Source: Myxococcota bacterium (lineage in GTDB: Bacteria > Myxococcota_A > UBA796 > SXON01). From it: a stretch of 64,000 nt of DNA. The position numbers and the translations under genes were made by a program. Where the stretch lies: assembly GCA_040386535.1 (NCBI GenBank), contig JAZKFH010000019.1, positions 1 to 64,000 on the forward strand, in the 5' to 3' direction. Shown here piece after piece: positions 37,555-46,430 of the stretch. Position 1 is the stretch's first letter. Each line of letters starts with the position of its first letter. The notes beneath the pieces were generated by a model. The model saw only the letters and a list, made by a program, of their open reading frames with translations, was not told the origin of the DNA and did not search any database.

Positions 37555-38928
37555 CTGATCGCCCTGCCGACGATCGGGGTGACGGTCCGCAACCTGCTTG
37601 CGCCCGTCGAGTCGATCGTGGGGCGGGTGCCCGACGACGCCCTGTTCTACCTGGTCCTGGCGCGGCGGCTGGTGGCGGGGGAGGGGTTCACGTTTGACGG
37701 GGTGTCGCCCACGACGGGCTTTCATCCCGCCTGGCTCGCCATCGTGACCGCGCTCGTGCCGACCGGCGATCCGGTAGCGGGGCTGCGCGGCCTCCTGCTG
37801 CTGCACGGGCTCGTCACGTTGGTGAGCGTCCTGCTGCTGGACCGTGTTGCCCGTAAGGCCGGGGCGTCGTCGGGGTGGAGCGCGCTGGGCGCTGCGGCCG
37901 CGGGGGCGTGGGGCGCGAGCGCGTACGGGCTGGGGATGGAGACGGCGCTGGTCGGGGCGCTCGCGCTGGCTGTGTTGACGTTGGAGGGGCGCGGCCTGCA
38001 TCACGGGCGGAAGGCGTGGCTCCTCGGGCTGGGGATGGGGCTCACCCGCGTGGACGCGATCCCGCTGCTATTGGGCGCCGGTCGACAGGCGCCGGCCGCG
38101 CTCCTCGGCGGGCTCTGCGGGGTGGCGATCACCGCGGGCTTCAACCGCGCGGTTGCGGGCGAGTGGGCGTCGACGGCCGCGAGCATCAAGGGGCTGGGGA
38201 CGGTGGCCGCGCGCCTGGGGCGCCTCGATCCGGAGGGGGTGTGGCGCCACGTGCCGGGGCCCGCGGTGGCGGCAATCGTCGTGATGGGAGGTTGGTTTGT
38301 GTCACGGCGATACATCCGGTCGACGTCGGAAGTATCAGATGTATCAAATGTATCAGTATCAGTGTTGGGAGGCGCCGCCTGGATCGGCGCCTCGTACCTC
38401 TTCAACAACCTCGTCGGCCCCTGGTACTTCCTGCCGCTCACGTGGGTGCTGCTCGCGGCCGCCCTCGGTCGCGGGGGGCTGCCGACCCTCGTGTTGGTGG
38501 TGGCGCTCCTGGGCGGCGTGGCCCTCCCGGCGCCGGGGCTCCACGCCACGGTGGTCGCCTTCGCCCATGATGTCGCGGCGCGCGCGCCCGTCGACGCGCG
38601 TATCGTCGCCGAGGACTTCCCCGGCGCCCTCGCGTGGTTCGGCGAGCGGACGGTTTTCCCCGCCGACGGCCTAGCCGCGAGCCCGGACTACCGGGCCGCG
38701 CTCACGACGGGAGCGGCGCTCCCCTGGTGGGAGGCCCGAGGGGCGACCCACTACGCGGTGACGCGGCGTCGCGAAGCGTGGCTGCTGGAGCGCCCGCTGA
38801 TCGACCGGATCGCGCCGCCGTTCCTCGCGGTGCCGCCCTCTCCCGTGCCGCTCGACCCCGCGCGCGTCGTGACCGCGCGGACCGATGCGGGCGGGCGGGT
38901 GTTCGTGCTGATCGGGCTGGGTCCGTAG
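37555..38928 (+). CDS. GT-C superfamily-like integral membrane glycosyltransferase
   Basis: DDALFYL..AR...GEGFTFDG...TTGFHP.W, GMET, LTRVD; many TMs; start uncertain (CTG 37555 or GTG 37579). Confidence 0.7.
   Translation: MIALPTIGVTVRNLLAPVESIVGRVPDDALFYLVLARRLVAGEGFTFDGVSPTTGFHPAWLAIVTALVPTGDPVAGLRGLLLLHGLVTLVSVLLLDRVARKAGASSGWSALGAAAAGAWGASAYGLGMETALVGALALAVLTLEGRGLHHGRKAWLLGLGMGLTRVDAIPLLLGAGRQAPAALLGGLCGVAITAGFNRAVAGEWASTAASIKGLGTVAARLGRLDPEGVWRHVPGPAVAAIVVMGGWFVSRRYIRSTSEVSDVSNVSVSVLGGAAWIGASYLFNNLVGPWYFLPLTWVLLAAALGRGGLPTLVLVVALLGGVALPAPGLHATVVAFAHDVAARAPVDARIVAEDFPGALAWFGERTVFPADGLAASPDYRAALTTGAALPWWEARGATHYAVTRRREAWLLERPLIDRIAPPFLAVPPSPVPLDPARVVTARTDAGGRVFVLIGLGP
38308..38363. repeat. 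AT-rich 9-bp GATGTATCA repeat / palindrome, copy 2 (in frame in GT-C gene)
   Basis: GATACATCCG-gtcgacgt-CGGAAGTATC hairpin, then gatgtatca aatgtatca gtatca; encodes RYIRSTSEVSDVSNVSVSV. Confidence 0.8.
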
Positions 38929-38933
38929 AGGCC

Positions 38934-40532
38934 CTACACCTTTGTCGGCGTACGCGGCCGGGGTGGCCCGTCGGCGGTGTCCTCCTCGGGCTCGATCTCG
39001 ATGACCCTGGGCGCGATCGCCCTGGGCACCTTCACCGGCGCCGACGCGAGATCCTCGGTCAACGCGAGCGTCAACGCGCCCTCGAAGCGGGAGAGGTCGG
39101 CCTCGACCGTCTCGAGCTCGACCCTCACCTTGCCCTTGCGTGCGCGGAGCTCGGCGTCCTCGCCGATCGTCGCGAGCTCGGCCTCGTGGGCGCGCAGGGC
39201 GTCCAGGCGCTCCTCGAGGCGGGCCACCTCGCTGCGGAGGTCGGCCAGGACGATCTCGGGCAGCTCCGCGGCCGCCACGCGGCGGCGCAAGGCACGTACG
39301 CGCGCCTCGGGGGCGGTGTCGGGGAGCGCGGCGCGGGCGCGGTCCTGGACGTGCAGGCGCACCTCGGCGACGCTGAACATCCCCTTCAGGTTCACGGCGG
39401 CCATGTACAGCAGGATGGCGGCGATTCCGCCGAAGGGGAGGAGGAGCCCGGACACGGCGCCCACGATGACGGACACCACGGCGAGCAGCCCGTACTGGAT
39501 GACGCGCGGCGCCTTGGTCATCACGACGTGGCCGCCCTTGACGCCGGCGGACTCCAGCCGCTTCAGGATGCGGTTCGCCTCGGCCTCGGTCTCGGCGGTG
39601 TCGATACACCACGTGCCGCCCTTCGCCGCCGCCCGACGCACGGCCTCGGGATCCGCGGCCGCACGCGATGCGATGACGCGCACGGCGGCAGGAGAGAGGC
39701 CGCGCAGGGGCACGAGCACGGCCCACGGGAGGATGGGGCCGCCGGCCGTCGTGAGTGTCGTGGGTGGGGGCGCCGTGACGCGGATGGCGGTCGAGGCGCC
39801 GGTGCTCGTGGGGGCTGCGGGCACGGGCGGGATCGCGGTCTCGGGGAGGTTCACCGGGGCCTCGGGGAGCCCGGCGACGGCCCCGCGGCGCGCGTCGGGG
39901 TCCTTCGCGAGGAGGCCGGCCAGCAGGGCGTCCGCCTCCGTGGAGACGCCGTGGGCCGAGGCCGGCGGGGGCTCCACGTCGACACGGGGCCAGTCCCCGG
40001 TGACCGCGCGGTAGAGGGTCACGCCCAGGCCGTACAGATCGGCCTCGGCGGTGGCGGTCCCTTCGGGGGCGCGGTGGCGTGGCACCCGCGCGACGCTCTC
40101 GGCGCGGGGTACGCCCGACGGGGCGAGGCGGACCGTGCCCGTCTCATCCGCGACCAGGTCATCGTCCCCCAGCTCTCCGCCACCCGCACCGCCCGCGGCA
40201 AGGATCGTGGGCGCGAGCCATCCCGCGAGCGCGACCGCTTCGGCGGGGGACAGGCGCGCGTTCTCGAGCGTGCCGCGGGTCGCGGGGCGCACGCGCACCG
40301 GGAGGCCGTCGACGACATCGGTGGCGAGCACGGGGAGGGCGGCGGGCGCGTCGGGGAGCGCGAGCCGTGGGAAGGCCTCGCGCACGCCGGGCCGGAACAG
40401 GACGTGCGCGGCGGGGGCCACGGCCTCGGCGACAGCCTCCCCATCCCGAACCCGAAAGCGCCGCAGATCGCCCGCGGGGGGCAGCTCCGACTCCACGATC
40501 CAGCGCCCGGCGACGCGTGTTCCGGTGCGCAT
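38934..40532 (-). CDS. Ser/Thr kinase-like (pseudokinase) membrane protein with C-terminal coiled coil
   Basis: RAPE, ADLYGLGVTLY..VTG..P and LLAKDPDAR retained; HRD and DFG absent; 2 TMs; coiled coil. Confidence 0.7.
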   Translation of the reverse strand: MRTGTRVAGRWIVESELPPAGDLRRFRVRDGEAVAEAVAPAAHVLFRPGVREAFPRLALPDAPAALPVLATDVVDGLPVRVRPATRGTLENARLSPAEAVALAGWLAPTILAAGGAGGGELGDDDLVADETGTVRLAPSGVPRAESVARVPRHRAPEGTATAEADLYGLGVTLYRAVTGDWPRVDVEPPPASAHGVSTEADALLAGLLAKDPDARRGAVAGLPEAPVNLPETAIPPVPAAPTSTGASTAIRVTAPPPTTLTTAGGPILPWAVLVPLRGLSPAAVRVIASRAAADPEAVRRAAAKGGTWCIDTAETEAEANRILKRLESAGVKGGHVVMTKAPRVIQYGLLAVVSVIVGAVSGLLLPFGGIAAILLYMAAVNLKGMFSVAEVRLHVQDRARAALPDTAPEARVRALRRRVAAAELPEIVLADLRSEVARLEERLDALRAHEAELATIGEDAELRARKGKVRVELETVEADLSRFEGALTLALTEDLASAPVKVPRAIAPRVIEIEPEEDTADGPPRPRTPTKV

Positions 40533-41371
40533 CACTCGGCCGCGCAGGTCTGGCCGATCCAGCACATGACGTTGTCGCGGTACAGCTCGGGCTCCGTCGC
40601 GGCCGCCTCGGCGTGGCCCGCGCCCGGCACGAGCCAGAGCCGCTTCGGGTCGACCGTGACCGCGTCGAAGATCTCCGCGGCGCTCTCGGGCTGGATGTAG
40701 GTGTCCGAGTCGCCGTGGATGACCAGGAAGGGCGAGGTGACCTCGGCCGCGGCGGCCGCGTTGTCCCACTCGTCGACGAGCAGCCAACCATCGGGCAGAT
40801 CGAGCCCCGAGCCGTCGTTCATCAACTTCTGCCCGTTGGCGAACATGTCCTCGGTGATGAGCACCTTCGGCGCGTCGGTGCCCGCGACCCGCGTCGCCAC
40901 CGAGCCGCCGAGCGAGAGCCCGAGGAAGGGGATGTCGGCGGTCTCGAGCCCCGTGGCGTCCTCGACGTAGTCGACCGCGGCGAAGCCGTCGGTGAGCACG
41001 CCGGCGTAGCTGGGCGAGCCCTCGGACTTGCCGTAGCCGCGGTAGTCGAAGATGAACACCTCGTATCCGAAGGACCAGTAGTCACCGAGCTGGCCCATGT
41101 AGGCGTCGATGTTGTCCGCGTTGCCGTGGAAGTAGAGCAGCACCGGCGCGTCTGCGACGGGCTGGTGCGCCCACACGCCGTACAACGTCAGGTCGTCCGC
41201 GGTGGGGAAGCTCACCTCTTCGAACGCCTCGGCCGGGATGACGTCGGAGGAGAGCGCGTACGCGGTGACGGCCTTGCCGTTGAAGAAGAAGCTGTCGAGG
41301 GACATGCAGCCCGTCAGGAGCAGGCTCGGCAGGAGCAGGGCCGGGGCGAGCAGGCGCTCAGCGAAGGTCAT
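40532..41371 (-). CDS. alpha/beta hydrolase lipoprotein (BEM46/ABHD13-like)
   Basis: LLYFHGNA, FDYRGYGKS, GLSLGG, IHGDSD, GAGH; lipobox LTGC. Confidence 0.88.
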   Translation of the reverse strand: MTFAERLLAPALLLPSLLLTGCMSLDSFFFNGKAVTAYALSSDVIPAEAFEEVSFPTADDLTLYGVWAHQPVADAPVLLYFHGNADNIDAYMGQLGDYWSFGYEVFIFDYRGYGKSEGSPSYAGVLTDGFAAVDYVEDATGLETADIPFLGLSLGGSVATRVAGTDAPKVLITEDMFANGQKLMNDGSGLDLPDGWLLVDEWDNAAAAAEVTSPFLVIHGDSDTYIQPESAAEIFDAVTVDPKRLWLVPGAGHAEAAATEPELYRDNVMCWIGQTCAAE

Positions 41372-42044
41372 CAGGCCGCCTCGCCCGGACGCCGAGGCCG
41401 AGCTGGAAGGAGATCGCCCCGAGATCGCCGGGGGTGTAGTAGTGCGGGGTGAGCGACTCGCTCGACGCGTAGGGCGCGATCCACTCCAGCTGCGTCGTGA
41501 GGCGCACGGCCTCGCCGAGGCCCCACTGGTTGCCGACCGCGACGGTCCCGAGCCCATGCGCGCTCGGAAACGCCTGGAGCAAACCGCCGAGCGAGGTGTA
41601 GAGAGAGTGCCGCGCGTCCGGGCCCCAGTCCCACGACGCGGTGACGGTGGGCCGCGCGAAGAAGCGCACGCCGCCCTCCGCACCGTCAGGCCCGAGGTCT
41701 CCCCCGGCGCCGATCACCGTGAGGTCGCCCATCAGGCGCGGGCGCGCGTCCTTCTGCGCCAGGAACTGGGTGGACGCGCCCACGTCCGCCGCGAACACGC
41801 CGAACAACGCGACCCCCGTGGGGTGGACCGCCGCGTGCACGTTCGTCTTCTGGCTGACGCCCACCGTGGCGCCCACCGTCGTGAGCGGCAAGGGGATGGG
41901 CGCGCCGAACAGCTCGGTGATGGGCCCGCCCAGCGACGCGTCGATCACCACCGCGCCCTCGCCGATGGGGCGCACGCCGTGCACGGTGGAGCAGCCCGAG
42001 CCGAGGGCGACCCCGACGAACGAGGCAACGAGGAACCAGCGCAC
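41358..42044 (-). CDS. hypothetical lipoprotein, beta-strand-rich
   Basis: GGAGG + GTG, lipobox GSGC, amphipathic strands ending FQLGLGV. Confidence 0.65.
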   Translation of the reverse strand: MRWFLVASFVGVALGSGCSTVHGVRPIGEGAVVIDASLGGPITELFGAPIPLPLTTVGATVGVSQKTNVHAAVHPTGVALFGVFAADVGASTQFLAQKDARPRLMGDLTVIGAGGDLGPDGAEGGVRFFARPTVTASWDWGPDARHSLYTSLGGLLQAFPSAHGLGTVAVGNQWGLGEAVRLTTQLEWIAPYASSESLTPHYYTPGDLGAISFQLGLGVRARRPDDLR

Positions 42045-42103
42045 GCCAAACCTCCCGACGGCTCGCACTAGCGCAAGCGCGACCGACACGCTACACCGCT
42101 GGC

Positions 42104-42685
42104 GTGTCACAGGTGACCTTCGCCCCCCTGATCGCGCTCCTGGTGCGCCTGCTCGCGCGCTCCTGGCGGGTGGATCGGCCCGGTTGGCCCGTCGAGGGCC
42201 CCTGTGTCGTCGCGTTCCTCCACGGCGACCTGCTCCCGATGGTGGCGCTCCATCGCGATCGGGGGCTCGTGGGCCTAGCGAGCCGCTCGCGCGACGGCGC
42301 GCTCGTCGCGGCCGTGCTGGGGGCGCTCGGGTACCCGGTGATCCGCGGCTCTTCGTCGTCGGAGGGCGCGGCGGCGCTCCGCGCGGCGAAACACGTGATT
42401 ACCGTTGGCCAGAGCCCGGCGTTCGCGGTGGATGGTCCACGAGGCCCCGCCGGTGTCGTCAAGCCGGGCGCCGTGGCGCTCGCTCGGCGGGCCGGGGTTC
42501 CGGTGGTATACGGCGTCGCCGCCGCGCGGGGTGCTCGGCTGCACACCTGGGACCACTTCCTGGTCCCCTGGCCCTTCGCGCGCGTCCATGTCCGGTACGG
42601 CGTGTGGCGCGCGGGAGAGGGCACCTTGGAGGAAGGGATTTCTACGTTGCGCGAGTCCATGAAGCGAGAGGGGCTGTTCCAGTGA
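42104..42685 (+). CDS. DUF374 lysophospholipid acyltransferase family protein
   Basis: SRSRDG, IRGSSS, AVDGPRGP, KPGAV.LA, WDHF.VP.PF. Confidence 0.88.
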   Translation: MSQVTFAPLIALLVRLLARSWRVDRPGWPVEGPCVVAFLHGDLLPMVALHRDRGLVGLASRSRDGALVAAVLGALGYPVIRGSSSSEGAAALRAAKHVITVGQSPAFAVDGPRGPAGVVKPGAVALARRAGVPVVYGVAAARGARLHTWDHFLVPWPFARVHVRYGVWRAGEGTLEEGISTLRESMKREGLFQ

Positions 42686-43416
42686 CCACGACCGACGCGC
42701 GGGAGCGCTTCTCCGGGCTCGTGGGCGACTACGCCGCGGCCCGCCCGTCCTACCCGGACGCCCTCTTCGACTGGATCCTCGGCCGCGCCTCCGGCCGCCG
42801 CGTGGCCGACCTCGGGTGCGGCACCGGCATCGCCACCCGCCAGCTCGCGGCGCGCGGGGTGGATGTGATCGGCATCGATCCGAACCGCGCCATGCTCGCC
42901 GAGGCCCGGCGCACCGGCGGAAACTACGTCGAAGGGGAGGCGACCGCCACCGGGCTCGCCGCCGCCTCGATCGATCTCGTGACGGTCGCCCAGGCCATGC
43001 ATTGGTTCGATCTCGACCCGTCGCTGGCCGAGATCCGGCGCGTGCTCGCGCCCAAGGGTGTGGCGGTCGCGTTCTGGAACCTGCGCAGCGCCGGCCCGTT
43101 CATGGACAAGTACGACGCGATCCTCAAGACCCACGTGGCGCGCTACGTGCGGCGCCCCGGCGCGCCCACCCGGCTCACCGCCGTGCGTCGCCACCCCCGC
43201 GTCACTCGCGTGGAGGAGCGCGTCTTCCAGCACGACCAGGTGCTCGACCGCGCGGGGCTGCTCGCGCGCACCCGGTCCGCGTCCTACGTCGCCAAAGGCG
43301 TGTCCGACCCGGCGGCGCTCGAGCGGGCGCTCGTCGCGCTGTTCGACAAGCACGCGGAGCACGGGACCGTTTCGTTGCGCTACGACGTGCACGCCATCGC
43401 GTGGCAGCCGGTCTGA
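42682..43416 (+). CDS. class I SAM-dependent methyltransferase
   Basis: Y...RPSYP, DLGCGTG, AQAMHWFD, S.SY. Confidence 0.9.
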   Translation: MTTTDARERFSGLVGDYAAARPSYPDALFDWILGRASGRRVADLGCGTGIATRQLAARGVDVIGIDPNRAMLAEARRTGGNYVEGEATATGLAAASIDLVTVAQAMHWFDLDPSLAEIRRVLAPKGVAVAFWNLRSAGPFMDKYDAILKTHVARYVRRPGAPTRLTAVRRHPRVTRVEERVFQHDQVLDRAGLLARTRSASYVAKGVSDPAALERALVALFDKHAEHGTVSLRYDVHAIAWQPV

Positions 43417-43432
43417 TCGAGCCGCGGGCGGC

Positions 43433-43936
43433 TCACCAGGTCCCTGAGTAGCCCTCACACGTGCCGTTCTCGCACGTGAAGAAGTAAGGGAACCACTTGG
43501 CCGGCACGTCCGCCCAGTGCACGGCCTTGGCGCCGGTGCCGGCGAGCGCCGCCGCGTGCACGAGGACCACGCCGTTCGCCGTCATGGCGGCCTGCGACTC
43601 GGCGGCCTGCTCGGCTGTCATCTGCTCGAGGGTGACGGCGCCCTGGAGGTACCGCTCGCCTTCCTCGGCGAGGAAGTAGACGTCCGGCGTCGCCGCGGCG
43701 AGCTTCGGATCGGCCGCGCGCGCGGCGAGGAGCTGCTTGCAAGTGGGGCACCACGACGCCACCACGACCCCCTCGAAGCGCCCCGACGTGTCCTTCGCCT
43801 GCCACTCAAGGCGGCCCGGGGCGCCCTCCGTGGTCACCGGCGTGCCGACCTGGATGCTCGCGGGCACCTTGAACTCGTCGGCGTAGCCGGACTGCTTGGT
43901 GATGGGGCCGCAGGCGAGGAGGGCGAAGAACAGCAT
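43433..43936 (-). CDS. thioredoxin-like (WCPTC) lipoprotein
   Basis: MLFFALLAC lipobox; ASWCPTCK; cis-Pro-like FP. Confidence 0.65.
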   Translation of the reverse strand: MLFFALLACGPITKQSGYADEFKVPASIQVGTPVTTEGAPGRLEWQAKDTSGRFEGVVVASWCPTCKQLLAARAADPKLAAATPDVYFLAEEGERYLQGAVTLEQMTAEQAAESQAAMTANGVVLVHAAALAGTGAKAVHWADVPAKWFPYFFTCENGTCEGYSGTW

Positions 43937-43974
43937 CGGAGGCCTCTATCGCGGGGTGGGCGGCGGAGCGGCGC

Positions 43975-44024
43975 TGATACATCTGATACATGTATCGCCG
44001 CTGATACATGTGTCAGATGTGTTG
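43975..44024. repeat. AT-rich GATACATGTATC palindromic hairpin, copy 3 (intergenic)
   Basis: 22-nt arms TGATACATCTGATACATGTATC / GATACATGTGTCAGATGTGTTG around GCCGCT. Confidence 0.85.
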
Positions 44025-44026
44025 AT

Positions 44027-44986
44027 TCAGGACGGGTCCACGATCGTGAGGAACAACGGCGCGGGGTTGGGGCACGTGCCGCAGGTCAGGGCCACGGCCC
44101 ACACACCTTCGCCCGTGAAGCCGGGGAAGGGGTCCGAGGGCCCGGAGAGCGCGCCGAGGTCGGCGGTGGAGCCGCCGGTGAGCGTGTAGCGCCAAGTCTC
44201 CGCGGCGAGGGACTCGAGATCGAGGAAGTTCTCCTGGAGCTCCTCCACCGTCAGCTCGAAGCGCGCGACCATCAGCCCGTCCACGCGGGTGGGCTCGAAG
44301 GCGCCGCCGTGGCCGTCCCGGGTGAGAGCGGACCAGTCGAGTTGCCACGGACCGGCCGCGAGCACGGGCACGTGCGACATCGACCCGAGGTCCGCCGAGA
44401 AGTCGAGCACGGGGCACCCGTCCGTCACGGCGGCCTGGACCGCGGTTTCGCCCGAGGTGGGGCGCAGGAACGCGAACATCCGCGCGCCCACCGCGATCTC
44501 GGTGCCGGTGGTCAGGAGCACCGCCCACGTGCCGCTGCCCTCGACGAACCGGCCCTCGATCTCCGCGTCCGTGCCGAAGAAGCTCATCTGGGAGAGGCGG
44601 ACGTTCGTGTCGTCTCCCGGCTCGTGCGAGAGGTAGACGGCGAGGTCGGCCTGGCTGAGGTTGTCGTCGGACAGGCCCTGCTCGACCTCGAGCTCGGTGA
44701 GGTACGGAAAGACGAGGAGCGAGGTGTTGTCGATGTCGGCGACCGGATCGAGCGCGTTGCAGCGCAGATCCGTCACCAGCCCCGACCAGTCGAGCACGGC
44801 GTCCGCGCCCTCGGCGATGGGGAAGGAGGGGGCGTCCAGCACGCCCTCGTAGCTGTAGTTGTCGGCGTCCGTGAGGGGAACGCTGCCGTCGGCCGCGGGC
44901 CCGGTGTCGGTGTCCGGGACGCCGGTCTCGTCCGGGGCGTCCTTGTCCGTGGTCACGCAGCCGACCAGCAGGAGGAGCAGCCCCAT
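44027..44986 (-). CDS. hypothetical lipoprotein
   Basis: MGLLLLLVGC, acidic DTG linker, two similar halves (LDWSGL/LDWSAL), C-terminal CGTCPNP. Confidence 0.75.
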   Translation of the reverse strand: MGLLLLLVGCVTTDKDAPDETGVPDTDTGPAADGSVPLTDADNYSYEGVLDAPSFPIAEGADAVLDWSGLVTDLRCNALDPVADIDNTSLLVFPYLTELEVEQGLSDDNLSQADLAVYLSHEPGDDTNVRLSQMSFFGTDAEIEGRFVEGSGTWAVLLTTGTEIAVGARMFAFLRPTSGETAVQAAVTDGCPVLDFSADLGSMSHVPVLAAGPWQLDWSALTRDGHGGAFEPTRVDGLMVARFELTVEELQENFLDLESLAAETWRYTLTGGSTADLGALSGPSDPFPGFTGEGVWAVALTCGTCPNPAPLFLTIVDPS

Positions 44987-46398
44987 CAGCGGGTGCCGTA
45001 CATGGAGTCGATCACCTGGACGAAGGTGATCGCCTGCCCGAGGTCGAGGTCGAGCTGCCACGTGACCTCGCCTTCGGGGCTCACGTTCTGGATCTGTCCG
45101 GAGCTCGACCAGACGACCTGGGTGGTGCCGTCCTCGAAGCGATGCACGTCGCCCTTGGCGAACACGTAGAGCCAGGGGTCCGAGATGTAGCTCCAGATCT
45201 CGTGCGCGGTCCGAGTCTCCTCGTCGTACTCGATCTCGACCGCGCGGGAGTAGCCGCGGTCGAACGGCCCGTTCTCGAAGAACAGGATCGTCCCGTCGAG
45301 CACCTCGAACTGGTGGTGCGTCTGGATGTAGGGCTCGCCGGCGAAGTCGAACTCGTTGAGCAGCCCGTTCATCGTCCAGAGCACCTCGCCCGTGGCGCGG
45401 TCGATCTTGGCGAGGCTGCCGAGTGACTTCATGGAGAAGTAGTAGGCGTCGTCGACCGGGTCGTAGTCGAGGGCGTTGCCGTGGGTCCAGTTGGCCTCGC
45501 GCTGCTCCACGCCGACCGTGGCGGGATCCCAGTGGTCCCAGGCGTTGAACACCTCTCGCGTCGTGCCGTCAGGCGCGAGCTCCACGATGGTGTCGGCCGA
45601 CCGGCCCTCGCGCGACTCCACCACGATCGCGGCGATCGAGCCGTCGGGCAGCGGGGCCATGTCGTGATCGATGTACGGGAAGGGGGTCTCGACGACCGTG
45701 CCGCCGTCGAGCGAGACCCGCACGACCTTGCCGGTCGCGAGGGCGTCCTGCGGGCCGGCGAGGCAGTAGACCACGGACGAACCGTCGGCACTCATGAACG
45801 CCCGCATCAGGTTCCCCACCTCCTCCACGAAGTGGTACCAGACGTACTTGCCGGCCGCGTCCACGATGACGACGGCGAAGGTCGTGCCCTGCAACGGGAT
45901 GACCTGGAACCCGCCGTCCCACGCCGCCGAGGTGCCGGTCGCGCGGGTGGGGAAGAGCCCGGAAGGGAGGCTCTCGGTCATGATGGTGAGGTCCTCGGTG
46001 ACGGCGCGGCCGCTCGCCTCGTCGGTCACCACCCGAAAGTGCACCTCGGTGTCGGCGGTCATCCCGAGGAGGAGCACCTCGTGCTCGGTCCCCATCGTCG
46101 TGACCGGCGTGACGCTCCCATACGCGGCGGTTGTGCCGAACTCGACGGTGCCCGTGGTGGGCGTGTCGGTGTGCCAGCGCACGATCACCACGGTGGACAC
46201 GTAGTCGGAGATGACGGCCACGACGTCCGAGGGGACCGTCGCGGGGTCGAGCGTGTCGGTGTCCGTATCGGTGGTGTCGGTGTCGGCCGTGTCGTCAGTC
46301 GCGACGGCGGTGTCGTCGATCCCGGTCCCGTCCGTCTTGTCGTCGGGGGTGACGGGGTTCTGGGTGCAGGCGAGGAGCAGCGCGGGGAGGAGCATCAT
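44986..46398 (-). CDS. aryl-sulfate sulfotransferase (ASST)-family lipoprotein with N-terminal FN3-like domain
   Basis: DHD, WTHGNAL.YD, QTHH, FFENG, YSRAVE; lipobox LLAC. Confidence 0.8.
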   Translation of the reverse strand: MMLLPALLLACTQNPVTPDDKTDGTGIDDTAVATDDTADTDTTDTDTDTLDPATVPSDVVAVISDYVSTVVIVRWHTDTPTTGTVEFGTTAAYGSVTPVTTMGTEHEVLLLGMTADTEVHFRVVTDEASGRAVTEDLTIMTESLPSGLFPTRATGTSAAWDGGFQVIPLQGTTFAVVIVDAAGKYVWYHFVEEVGNLMRAFMSADGSSVVYCLAGPQDALATGKVVRVSLDGGTVVETPFPYIDHDMAPLPDGSIAAIVVESREGRSADTIVELAPDGTTREVFNAWDHWDPATVGVEQREANWTHGNALDYDPVDDAYYFSMKSLGSLAKIDRATGEVLWTMNGLLNEFDFAGEPYIQTHHQFEVLDGTILFFENGPFDRGYSRAVEIEYDEETRTAHEIWSYISDPWLYVFAKGDVHRFEDGTTQVVWSSSGQIQNVSPEGEVTWQLDLDLGQAITFVQVIDSMYGTR

Positions 46399-46430
46399 GC
46401 CCAAGCATACGACGGAATCGGGTGCCTGGA

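Noticed and set aside
6651..44024. CRISPR interpretation of the GATGTATCA or 12-bp repeats
   Set aside because: Units are 9-12 bp, contiguous, with no unique spacers and no cas genes
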